From Atractiella rhizophila (Eukaryota): DNA of 39,340 nucleotides. Positions 10,944 through 22,629 of this stretch are shown here, piece after piece. The stretch's first letter is position 1; each line of letters starts with the position of its first letter. The stretch is from NCBI GenBank assembly GCA_021432655.1, contig MU271201.1, positions 110,429 through 149,768 on the forward strand, written 5' to 3'. Under the pieces are notes generated by a model, which saw only the letters and a program-made list of their open reading frames with translations, did not search any database and had not been told where the DNA came from. The position numbers and the translations under genes were made by a program.

Positions 10944-11648
10944 CTATACGTCTATACCCATCCAACGATCATAACAGCTCCAACCAACAAGGCGGTCACC
11001 AGCACCGCCCGACTCTCCATCCCGCGCAAGATTTCCGCACCACCCTGCTCGCCGCTACCTCCCGTGCTCTGACTCGGCGGCGGAGCAGTGAGCCAAGTCG
11101 CACTGAGGCTCCCTCCATCTCCGGCGGTTGCCTGTGCCGACGTGTCGGTGGGAGTGGGACTTGGGGGACTCGTGATCCATGTCGGGGTGTAGTGGGAGAC
11201 GGTGTCGGAGGGCAGGGAGGAGTAGGAGGCGGAGTAGCTGAGCGGTGCGCAGGAGGCGGGCGTGGGTGCTGGGGAGGAGGTTTGGCGTTTTTCGAGCGGG
11301 AGGAGGTGTGGATGGAGACAGGAGGAGTCGGCGGAGGAGGTGATCTCGAGCGAGTGGCAGGAGCCGTCGGGGAAACAGAGAGATAGGAAAGTATTCTTCG
11401 GGTATCTCAGCGGGATATCGTTTCTGTTTGTTTCGTTAGCATTGAGAGAATGAGCATAAGAGGAGGAATGAAGACGGGATTAGGTCGCCTGAGGAAGTGA
11501 AGATGAGTGCGTCGTGCAAGTGCGTGATGTTGGGCGAGCATTGCGGAATCGTGAAGTGTCCGGAGCGCAGAAGGAGGTGAGACGCATCCGCAAAGTAGAG
11601 GTGCGTGGCTTGCACTGCTGTCAGGAGCAGTGTCAAGAGCAGAACCAT
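10944..11648 (-). CDS. Secreted Ser/Thr/Pro-rich, possibly GPI-anchored protein (apparent frameshift near the 3' end)
   Basis: Signal-peptide-like MVLLLTLLLTAVQA, an intron with GCTAAC..ACAG, then an exon NDIPLRYPKNTFLSLCFPDGSCHSLEITSSADSSC...TPTDTSAQ. The hydrophobic tail GAVLVTALLVGAVMIVGWV* lies in another frame. Confidence 0.6.
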
Positions 11649-12391
11649 CCTGATTCGTGATTCGTGGTTTTGTCGTTGAAGTCTTTGTTTCCCGAGGCGG
11701 ACGGATATGTGCATGTCATTTGCAATTTTGTGTGACAGTTGCCCTCGTGCTGAACTGAGGTGAGGCTGGAATACGGTTGGCGGTTGGCTCGAGCACAACT
11801 CTAACTTTGCATTCTAAGTGAAAGATCTGACAGCTTACGAGATGCCCGGCTCAATTGTTCCGAAAGGTATCGGACAACTGTGGCACAAAAGGTACCAAAA
11901 AGGTACCAAAATATGTGACCAGGACTGCGACAATGGGGAACTGACAGTTCCATCATGCCATTAGTGCACGGCTAGAAGTAAGGCAGTCAAGATCTCATGA
12001 GGAGAGAGATTATTCGGGGTAGAGAGACGTTATGAGAACCAAATAAGAATTGGAATACCCAATGACTCCATCCAGATATGATGAAATGTGCTGACAGTTA
12101 AACCCAACTCCACATAAGAACCTCTTCCTCCCAGACCCTGTTGAGTGCCCTGATCCCTCAGTGACTTATCCTCATGCTAATTCTAATATGATCAATTACT
12201 CTCTGTCTGCTGTGCAACCCACTTTACCACTGATCATACCCACATTTACCATCTCCTAAAGTCCTTCACCCACCATTGTCTCCCTCATAATCATTTGTCA
12301 ATCTCACTGAAGTAAACTACCCCTCAATTTCCCAAAGGAACTCCTTCATCCTCTCCCTCATATCATCCTTGTCCTTAACCAACCTTTCCGA

Positions 12392-13066
12392 TGATGTACC
12401 CCATCCCGTCTGTACATACCGTCACATAACAAGCATACGCCAAAGACGGTTACATGCCAGACAAACGACCTATTTCACTGCAACATCAACCAAATTACGT
12501 ACTTCCCCACAACACACAACTCCGCAACCATGTTTTTAATTCAATCGGAACAAGGAAATGTAGGCAAAGGCCAATTCAAGATAGAACAAGGGCCAGTAGA
12601 AAACTCCATCTTAACCTTAAATAAGAAGACAACGGCGATTGGACAAGATAGAAAATGTGGGCAAGATAAAAGGAAATAGGGCAACATAGGACTTAGGAAA
12701 GGATGTAGGAGATCAGAGGATGAGGAAGGAAAAGAGGTGGAGCTTGGTGGAGTGCTGGAGGGGGAGGAAGGCTATAAAAGGGGAAAGTTTAGGGGGAGAT
12801 AACATTCCTCACTTGTGCTGTGAGCATCCTACACTTTCGTTTGACTTCATACTTATTTCTCTCATCCCCAGGTGCTTGCTCAGTGTACTTTGGGTCAATT
12901 ATAGTGTTGAAAAGCGCATTTTTCCATTGCAAAACCACTAGTTGCTGCTCTAGTTCTTTTTCACTAAACTGCTTCAGTGTTTGCCCACCAAACGTTTATT
13001 CCCAACTTCGAACTCTCCCTCTAGTCCGGGATAAGCGACTTCGCCGAAACTTGTACCAATACATTA
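12392..13066. mobile_element. LTR (family C), probably the 3' LTR of the minus-strand Gypsy remnant
   Basis: Ends TGATGTA...TACATTA. It is homologous in inverted orientation to 19760..20381. A TATA-like GCTATAAAAG lies at 12771 on the + strand. Confidence 0.7.
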
Positions 13067-13267
13067 GACTCTTGAACCAAGCAATTTCTGGACTCTTCAG
13101 CGGGGTAACAAACGTTCAAGGATAAAGTGCTGCTCCAGCTGATATCCGACAGGTGAGCTGACCTTTATTCTCCACAATCATTGCCACTCATAAGACCAAC
13201 TAGTTCATCATCATCTGAAAACGCAAAACCTCATAAGTCCCACCTCAAACTGACTGTGTTGGATCAG

Positions 13268-14174
13268 ATGTCTGATGACGAATATCCAAGTGATCAGTTC
13301 AGTACCTGGTACGATATCTGGACCCATTTCGAACCTAGCTGGGTATTACCTAGATCATCTAGCGAGCGCCACTCTTCCGAACTTATACGTTCCTATGCCA
13401 GCAAGTTTTCCCTGTTCCTCATCCTCGCCTTGTCCGCCGTGAATATCCCTTTTCCTCCAATTTTACCATTCCTCATATTCCTTTCTCCCCTCAAGCTCCT
13501 CAATCCCATCGCCTCCTCACATTTTCTGCCCTCCTCATCCTTATCCGATTTATGGCCAATCGAATTTCCTCCCTGCAGTCCTTGATATTTCCTGGCTGGA
13601 TGGTTTCGAAATGTTTGAGTCTCAAATGGATGTTGAATATCTGGTCGCGCTCATCACTGATTATACTTTCTCCTGGGAACTTGAGCTTCGTGAGGACCCC
13701 TTCGATCGATCATCGCCTTCGCTATGTTTGCGTCGCCTTTGTCCACGATTCACCTGCTTCCACTTCTTGTGCCCGCCACCTCGTTTCCTCCACTGGTCTT
13801 CAGCTTTTCGAGCTCGATTCGGTGCTTTCATTGGGATTCTCTCGTCTGTTATGTACGGTTTTGACGTATTTTATTTGAAGCATTGGTTACGTGTAGGTGA
13901 TTTCTTTGAGTTTGTTCTCGACTCAGAATTTCCGCCCTATAAAGAAGCTTGTGATATTCAGACCCAGGTCCTTCAAACCCCTTTCGATCCAGACCGCTGT
14001 CTTTCTTCCATTGATGACATCATCCTCCTCTTCGAGTTTTCTTTACCCAAACATCCTCCAATCCTGTGGTTTTCCGTTTTTCATTTCGAGGTTCAGAGCA
14101 TCAAAAGCCTTCAGGCATTCGTACTGAAGAAGAGCAAATTGAAAGGCAAAATGAACGGAAGGCTAATGAGTTGA
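13268..14174 (+). CDS. Hypothetical 242-aa protein antisense to Gypsy pol, with a predicted GC-AG intron 13401..13578
   Basis: MSDDEYPSDQFSTWYDIWTHF... joins in frame via GCAAGT..CTGCAG to ILDISWLDGFEMFESQMDVEY... (ORF 13611..14174). No stop codons after splicing. Confidence 0.5.
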
Positions 14175-14759
14175 ATAGAGCTTTGAAAGGAGATTCGAAA
14201 AAGTAAGTCATTTGTATCTATTGGAATGAAGTGATTCTAAAAATTTCAAAATTTTCTAGTAAACATCGAAGAGAAAAGGCTAAGCAAAAGCAGAATGTTT
14301 AGCTTTGAAAATGAAACCAATATCTCCTCCCTCCTGTTTGAATTCTTTGTCTGTATTTTATACTGTTTTCGTATTTCTAGTATATATTTTCCTCGTTTTT
14401 ATAGGGTGTTATTATTTTTCCTTTGTTATTTTTATATTTTTCCATGTCCTCCATTTATCCCTAAACATAGTCTTCATCCAGCTGTTTCTTCTTTAGGTTT
14501 CACCGCAATTATACGTCCTCCCTCCTGTTTTTACGACTGGCCCCCAGTCTGAGCCAACTGTTCCTTTGATGGTTGTGTAGCCTTCCTTTGTCCTGGATCA
14601 TCTTTATTTTGTGAGTTTAAGCCTCCCTCATCCGTCTCCTCCTCTTCGTTCCTCTCATGTTCCTCCTCAGTGCTCCGTTTCCCCCAAACCATTAGAGTCT
14701 CTTCGACCAGATCGCCCTCTCCATTGTCCACCATGACTGTTATTGTGCCTTCTTCCACC

Positions 14760-17075
14760 AATTATTTCCTCAAGTAGTACCGTCTAAGTCGTTTTGCTGC
14801 CACTAATCCATCGAATGCCATCCCGTCCAACTCCTCTAACAAATAAGATCCCCTGTCCTTTCATTCCCTGATTTTGTAGGGTCCAAACCATCTTGCGCGT
14901 AGCTTCTTGCTGTGAGCCATTTCTAACCTTGCATTCTGCTTCAAAACTAACATTCCCAGCTCCAGAGGGTCTCGAATTTTAGGTGCATTTTGTCAATCAA
15001 GGTATGTCACCCCTTCCTCCCTGGCTTTTCTTAATTTCCTGACCACCCTTTCTAGATCCTCATCTCATGCCTCGATTTGCCTCATCCTTGCCACAATTAA
15101 ATCCTTCCTCGACATAGTCTCCTCGAATTTGGGTATATAAAATGTCAAAAGCTCGAAGTCAACCAGTAGTAGTGGTTCACACCCAAGGAGTAGTTGGAAT
15201 GGTAACAGGTTTGTAGTCCTTTGGGTTGATACTCGTTCTGCGAATAATACCCTGTTGAGGTGTAGTTGCCATTCCCATGGTCTGTCGATACTGGCTTTCT
15301 CAATTGCTTTTACCATTTCCTGATGCCATCTCTCGACTCGTCCATTTGCTTCTGAGTGGTAAGGTGTTGGATTGATGTATTTGCTCCCGCTCATTAAAAT
15401 TGCTGCCTTCGCCTCTGCCCAAAATTCAGGTCCTCCATCCACAACATAGCATCCAAACGATCCCCATCGCCATTTCACTTCCTCCACAAATCTCGCAATA
15501 TCCTTTGCTCGAATCCTTTTCAACGCCTTCTCTTCTGGCCAACCAGTCAAATCATCCTTCAATAACAATAAGTAAGGGTATGGTCCCACTCCCATATGCA
15601 CAACCTCCATTCCAACCTTTGAAAAAATACCCATGGGTACAGTTGCTTGCTGCGTTTCTTCCTCAGTCGTTCTTGCATTTTTTCTGACATGCATCACAGC
15701 TCCAAACATATTTCCCAACCCATCTCTTCATGCCAGGCCACCATCCTCTTGATTTCAGCCTTCTATAAGTCTCTTGCTGTCCTCGATGGCCCAAATCTTC
15801 ATGTACTGATCTTGCATCTTCCCTATCGACTACCCTAACATGAATCCCATCTTCCTTCCTTCGCCACAGTTCTCCCTCCAGTAAAATCCCCGGCTCTCCG
15901 CTTAACCCTTTCGAATGCTTTATCTAAATACTGTCCATTCGCTGAAGTGTCTGCAGAAATCGTCCTAACGCTGCGAATTGTGGATCTGGATAGTTGTGTG
16001 AGTTGAAATTGACCCCCTGCCGCTCCAGTTGGTTGACATTAAGTTGCAGATTCCCAATCACTTTCTTTTCCTCTTCCTCTACCATATCTTCTGCACTCCT
16101 TGATGGTTCGTCGTGTTCTGTCCTTGCTACTTGAGATAATGCGTCTGGTAAAAGGAATTGTACCCCGGATGATGTCTAATATCGAATGCAAATAGATGAA
16201 CAAAGGCATTCCATCGTGCCATTGGTGCATTTAGAAGGTTGGGGGAGTTTATCATCTGCACTAGAGATATAGTGTCGATGACAAACGTGAAGTGAGTTCC
16301 CCAGAGGTCATGTCTCAATTTCGCAAATATCTTTGCCACCCCAGCCAGTTCCAGCTTCGATTGTGAGTACCTCTTCTCGACTTCCATGAAACTTATTGAC
16401 TCGTATTTGACCGGTTGTAGCTTTCCACGTTCATCCTCCTGTGCCAAAACTCCTCCTACTGCAACTTGACTTGAGTCCACCATTAAGATAATCTTTTCCA
16501 CTCCTGGCAGAATTGAACAGTACTTTACTGGGGGATCCTGATTGCACTTTCACTACCTGGTCTGTTTATAAGTCGAGCCTTGGTTTTACTGCCTCAAAAT
16601 ATTTTCCACCCGCTTCTTCAATGCAGTAAAAACTCTGCACCTTCAAGATTCAGTCTCTACTCCTACCTCTGGAATATGCTTGCAAACTGCCACCACTTGG
16701 TCTCAATTTCTTCCATCTCTTCCTCCTTCAGCACAACTTTACGCATTATCATGTTTATGTATTATTTATTATCTTTTATTTATAGACACAGATTTTACAT
16801 CTTCGAAAAAATAATTCGAGAAAAATATAATTTCTTTTCTCATAATTTTCATTTTCATTATTTTTGTGTTGTTTTTCATATTTTTTGCAACATGTTTCTT
16901 TTTATTTCATTTATTTATTATTTATTTATTTATTTGTAATATATATATAAATATTATATAATTAAAACTTTTATATAATTTCTTTTCTCATATTTTTTAT
17001 TTCTTATCTGATAAGGACATATATTAAAATTCATATTAAAAATTTTTTTTTAAAGAATTCTTTAAAAAATAATTA
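14760..17075 (-). mobile_element. Degenerate Ty3/Gypsy pol (RNase H, integrase, GPY/F motif; probable decayed RT)
   Basis: RNase H LMVDSSQVAVGGVLAQED...YSQSKLELAG (16127..16501); integrase VVDGGPEF...PYHSEANGRVER (15065..15718); WFGPYKI near 14880. Multiple stops and frameshifts. Confidence 0.9.
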
Positions 17076-17954
17076 TGTGAGACTGTCCCTCATGAGGAGA
17101 TGAAGAGCAGACCTCTTCTACTCAGGTATGGCCCTGTTTGATTACATGTCTAAATTCTAACTTTTTCAACTTACCGCACTCACAGCCTAAGCCTTCTGGA
17201 TGAAGCCTTGCATATGTTGAAGGCCCCAAACAATGTGGATATGTTGTTGCTGAGTACACTGGAAGCCTCCATCGATAGCTTTGTGGGAGTGACAATTAAA
17301 ATGTTGTCCCAAGTGGGTTATCAAATGGATTAAGGTCAGTCTTCCATGTTGTCCAACATTTCAAACAACTTGCTGACAAAGTCTATGACACCAGCTCCAG
17401 ATAACATCATAGCCAACATTATAGAGAGAGGAGATGAAGAAACTACGGAGGAAGGTCTATATCCAAAGGTGGAGATGGAGACTTAGGTATAGAGAGTGTT
17501 GATGAACACGCACCAGCGGCCTTGTTGGATGGTGTGGCGCCTGGAGTGTCTCTGCCTGGAATCTTGAGTAGTGCAAGTGAGGAATTGATGGGTAAAAAAG
17601 TCAAGGGGAAGGGAGTATTGCTTGCAGAAGGGGAAACCTATGAAGTGGAGAAAGAGGTAACAGGACTGGATGATATGGTTGGGTTAGAAAGTGCTATAGC
17701 TCAGATGACGAATATATGGGAAATGAGGATATGGACGATAATAACAACAACTGTGACACAACAGAGGACAAGGACAACAGCGAGATACCCACCACATCCA
17801 AATTAGTCCTCAGAGGATCAGGAGCTGATTTTTCTTCCATGCATGGCAGACTTGTGGTGACACAATGGCAGAATTGCCCGCGAACAGGGCCACTGTGAAT
17901 ATTCAAATGAAATGCCTGGTATTGCGTCGAGAAGAGGTGGAGTTTGTGGATAGA

Positions 17955-18068
17955 CTGCAATCCCTTAGTTCATCAGATTTCCAGGAACGTCTTCGATGCC
18001 TTCTCTTACTCCTGCAATCCCTTAGTTCATCAGAATCTCAGGAATATCTTCGATGCCTTCTCTCACTC
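17955..18068. repeat. 57-bp tandem repeat, 2 imperfect copies
   Basis: ctgcaatcccttagttcatcaga...cttcgatgccttctc begins at 17955 and at 18012. Confidence 0.85.
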
Positions 18069-18929
18069 TTCCATCCTTTGCTGGGTTCACAGCAGAGCAC
18101 TCTGTTACCAAATGCAGACTGGATGGAAGCTGAAGAAGACTCTAGCCAGGAATTATTGGTATGTATAGGCAGACTTGGGGCCAGTTTGGGAGATTTGGAG
18201 TGGATAGAGAAAGGGGTGAGATTTGTACGATGTGTGGACTTGAAGAAACTTGTCATTAAAGTACAGAGGTCAGTTTTTCATTGGTCTGTGCTCAGGATTT
18301 TGTTCTAAAGCCACCTGTTTAAATTCTGGCACATTATCAAACCAGGCACAATATTCAACAAGTCACAGTCATACAATGTGATCATCGAGGACAGCAAACA
18401 GAAGCAGGATATTTGAAAAACCATCACTGTTGGCTGGGTGCTCTTACATTAGATGGTAGACTATGTTTGCTTGCTCGTTACTGTAAGAATTCTTACCTCA
18501 AACATTATGATATTGGTACATGACAAGAGATCTTAGTGGGCCTTCCCTCCATTATGATGTTCAGTATTGTAGACAATGCAGTAGATCGCCTTGAGTCGAT
18601 GTCAACAGACTCCTTTGCACACATCCTTCATTGTGAGTAAAGAGATGGCAATACGTTGACTTATAATGGAACATAATAACTTCTGCCAAAACATATACAT
18701 ATTTCACTGGGTTCACACTCTATTTCATTCTGTTCTCGACAATTTCATTGCTCCTGCCCTCAGACTCATGGGCAATGTAACCTGTCGATCTGTCCCTGCC
18801 CTACTGCCAAACCTCCTTATGCCTCCAGCAGCAACATACTCTGCCCCCTCCTCTGACACAAATCCATTTCCTCAACTGAAGGCTGCTAACTGAAAGGGGA
18901 AAAAGAAGGAGCAGCCTGAGCAAAGGTAT

Positions 18930-20900
18930 TTATTGCTCAAGAGGAGTTTGGTGAAATATGGCGGAGGTTTGGAAGAGGTTTGGACAAAATGGATCGATGC
19001 TTCTTCAAGAGTATCGACAAAGGAGGTGTTGAATGGGGCAAAAGAGGAGGAGCCGCGTAGGATTGATATTCTGGAGGCCATTCAACATGCAGTCATTTGC
19101 ATGACATGTGGACAAATTTTGGTTTGTGACTTGCAGGTTAGGTAATAGGTTTCATTGAAGTTTGCTGCTTTGGCATTCAGTGTTGGACCAGGCGTTTGGC
19201 CAGATTTAACAGACATATTGGTAGTATGCTCAGAAGAGCTGACAGGGTGAGTTCCTCCTAGAGTACATGTCATGTAGAGACTTACACCCGAATTTCTTGA
19301 ATACAGACATCCAGGTCTAGAATGTGCATCATTGCTTGTCAGCTAGTGGTCTATTGGATCTGGATAAGGGGGCTTCTTACTCATTCTAGAAAAGATCATG
19401 GAGAAGCTGGAACTTCTCAAGAGGTGGATGAAGAGGGTCAGAATGATGTGAGTACCTCTGAAGAACCTGCTGTGGAGTGAGTTGTATCTATGTGACTTTG
19501 GAAAGTGAGGTATAGACTTGTTTGCCAAAAAAAGTACTGACGATGGACAAAGTAGTCAAAAGGAAGGAAACTGTGAAAAATCCCAATCATATGGTGCTGG
19601 CATTGGGCAAGCATGCTCAGTTCTGCTTTGATCACCATGCATTGGGTCTTTGATACCAGAAGGGATAAAGAGAGGCTGGCCACTAGAGGTGGATTGGGAT
19701 GTATTCAAATGGTAAGAGATATTTGATGCTTGATTGCTGGCTGGCTGTTGATCAGGAGCTGATGTAACGTGAAGTCACTTATCCCGGACTAGAGGAAAAG
19801 TTCGAATTTGGGAATAAACTTTTGGTGGGCAAACACCTCAGCAGCTTAGTGAAAGAGGACTAGGATAGTAAACTAGTGTTTTATAGTGAAAAAAAAGTGC
19901 TTTTCAACACTAGAATTGACCCAAAGTACCTAAAGCAAGCACCTGAGGGCGAGAGAAATAAGCAAGCAGTCAAACAAAAGTGTAGGATGCTCACAGCACG
20001 AGTAAGGAATGATATTTCCCTCTAAACTCTCGCTTTTTATAGCTTTCCTCTTCCTTTAGCATCCCACCTAACTCCACCTCCTTTCCTTCCTCATCCTCTG
20101 ATCTCCTACATCCTGCCTTAAATCCTATGTTGCCCTATTTCCTTTTATCTTACCCACAATTTCTACTTGTTCAATCGTCATTGTCTTCTTATTTAAGGTT
20201 AAGATGGAGTTCTCTATTGGTCCTTATTCTATCCTAAATTAGCCTTTGTCTACATTTCCTTGTTCAAATTGAATTAAAAAACATGGTTGTTGAAGTGAAA
20301 TGTGTCATTTGTCCTGCACGTGTCCGTCCTTAGTGTATGATTATCATGTGATAGTATGTACGGACAGGATGGGGTACATCAAAAGGAGAGTTGAACAAGA
20401 TATTGAGACTTACACTCTCAATTCAGTTGGATCCGCACAGAATATGGGAAGGCTTAGGAAACTACTGGCACTATTGGGAAACAATCCAAGAAGAACACCG
20501 AGAGACCCTCAGTTTATGTATCACCAAAGTGCGGAGTATGTTGGAACAGGATAGTATGTGATCTGAAGGGGGGGCTAAGGAACTAACATGGTAGTAGTTA
20601 TAGTCCAAAAGGTCCAAAAGATACTGTCATCCTTGCCTCACTCCTCAAGGACAAATATGGCATTGTGTCCTTGTTTAACCATAGCGAAAATAGGCATAGC
20701 TATGGGCCCCTTCGAAGTGGACAAGAGTATATAGATCTGATTCTTATTCCTAAGATCACTGCTTTGTTGTTGGCTCAGGATTTCAAAAATTTGGATGTGG
20801 ATCAAGTGGAGGAGTTGAGAATAAGGTCGTCCATGTTTGGGTTTGCCCTACATAGAGATGGAAATCTGAAATGTACATCTGACTGTAGTGCAACTGCTTA
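18930..20900 (+). pseudogene. Degenerate RTC4-like domain gene interrupted by a solo LTR
   Basis: Fragments CMTCGQIL; FCFDHH..LIPEGIKRGWPLEVDW; spliced GY|YSPKG (cf. GYYGPKG); YIDLILIPKITALLLAQDF...SSMFG. Stops and frameshifts are present. Boundaries are approximate. Confidence 0.6.
19760..20381. mobile_element. Solo LTR (family C), inverted relative to 12392..13066
   Basis: Ends TGATGTA...TACATCA, with reverse-complement similarity over about 600 bp. No TSD is recognisable. Confidence 0.8.
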
Positions 20901-21199
20901 CCAACAACACGAAGAGCCAAAGTCAAGTGTGCATTGTAGAGTAGTGCGACTGCTGAAAGGATGACTCATTGCTACTTGTGTTGGTAGCTTAATGGTATTG
21001 GTAACCAAAGACATGGTTAGGGAACTGTTTGGTGCTGGCCCCATTAGTCCAACAAATTGTGGAAACTGAGTGAAAGCCAGGAATTAAAGATAAGTTGAGC
21101 TTGAGCCAACCGCCAGCTATACTGGAAGAATCATAGATATGTTAGGGCAAACACTATGTGCGGTCGTTGACCAGCGATGCGTCTGTAGTGGAGGTAAAC

Positions 21200-21690
21200 T
21201 GTCAGGCTTGCCCCTACGCATTACCGAAACGCACCATCTGAAGTCACGTGACCTACTCTACCATGCCATAGGATCACGGAGACGCCCATCGCCGCTTTGC
21301 TCATGTTCCCGCTGATCGCCGCTTTCCCCTGTCTCACACGAACCACCGCTCAGCAAACCTTAAACATTTCGCCGGTCTGCACCGTCTCCATTATTGCTTT
21401 ATTGTCCTTTCTCACTTGTACTGCTCAGTATGTCTTATTTCCGAGTTTTCCCTTTTATTGCTTTCCTGACCTAGCTATCTTACATGTTTCAAGAAACTTA
21501 TGATACAGTTTATGGCAGTGCTTTTACATATGTATATATACATCGAGATGTAGTGGTGGTGACCTCAGAGTATTCTCTTAGGTTTACCTCCACTACAGGT
21601 TAGTCCCCTTATGCCATACTATTCTCTTAGGTTTACCTCCACTACAGACGCATCGCCTATCGGCGACCGCACATAGTGTCAGCCCTAACA
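21200..21690 (+). mobile_element. Solo LTR (family A) inserted in opposite orientation into the outer family-A LTR
   Basis: TGTCAGG...CCTAACA with TSD TAAAC at 21195-21199 and 21691-21695. Confidence 0.9.
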
Positions 21691-22629
21691 TAAACCTAAG
21701 AGAATAGTATGGCATGAGAAGACTAACATGTAGCGGAGATAAACCTAAGAGATTACTCTAAGGCCACCACCAGTACATCTCGATGTATATATACATATGT
21801 AAAGGCATTGCCATAAACTGTAACGTATGTTTCTTGAAACACGTAAGATAGCTAGATCAGGAAAGCAATAAAGGTGTGAGAGTCTCTACGTCCCTGGACT
21901 CGGTGTCACTCTGGTATCTCATTTCGACCTCATGCGCCATGGGATCCGATTTACCAACGACCGCGAACACCTCTTCTTTCGTCGTGAAGATGGTAGACAC
22001 TTTGGTATGGCAAAGTTCGGCCAGTCACAGATAGAACTCCAGGTGAGATCCCCCTCCCTACCTATCCAAATAGCAAACATAGCTCACTCAAGCCCGTCTG
22101 CTTTTGCAGTTACGAATTCCAAAACGTGGCATTCACGTTTAAGTCACATTGGTGACAAACACTGGCGGGAGCTATGTACGGGAGATTGGGTTACAGGAAT
22201 CGATTGTAATCAAACCACGTTTGAATCCTGTACTATTTGCATGGCTGGGAAATCAAAAGCACGTCCGAATCAAAGGACCACAACAACATCTTCGTTCACG
22301 AAAGGTGAACGGATTGATTGTGACTTGTGGGGTCCCGCGCTAGTACCTGCATTGCAGAGTGGCTACCGTTATGGACTCGGAATCGTAGAAGAGTCCACTG
22401 CCATGATATGGTGGATTCCCCTACGACTCAAGTCAGATGCCGCCATGGCTCTGAGAATGTGGATCACAGAGACGGAACGTCGTCACGGTGTTAAGGTGAA
22501 GATCCTGCGAAGCGATAACGGCGGGGAGTTCAAGTCAGTCGTTTTCAAATCTTTCATACAGAAATCAGGTATCACTCACGAGACTTCAATTCCATACGTT
22601 CACAACCAAATGGGGTTTATGGAACGACG

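Noticed and set aside
11886..11911. caaaaggtaccaaaaaggtaccaaaa micro-duplication
   Set aside because: A simple slippage duplication with no evidence of function.
12392..20381. Single DIRS-like element with inverted terminal repeats
   Set aside because: No tyrosine recombinase is seen, the interior has a DDE Gypsy integrase, and the right repeat interrupts an unrelated gene.
21540..21800. Short direct and inverted repeats resembling a CRISPR-like or palindromic array
   Set aside because: They are explained by the internal LTR duplication and opposite-orientation nesting of same-family LTRs.
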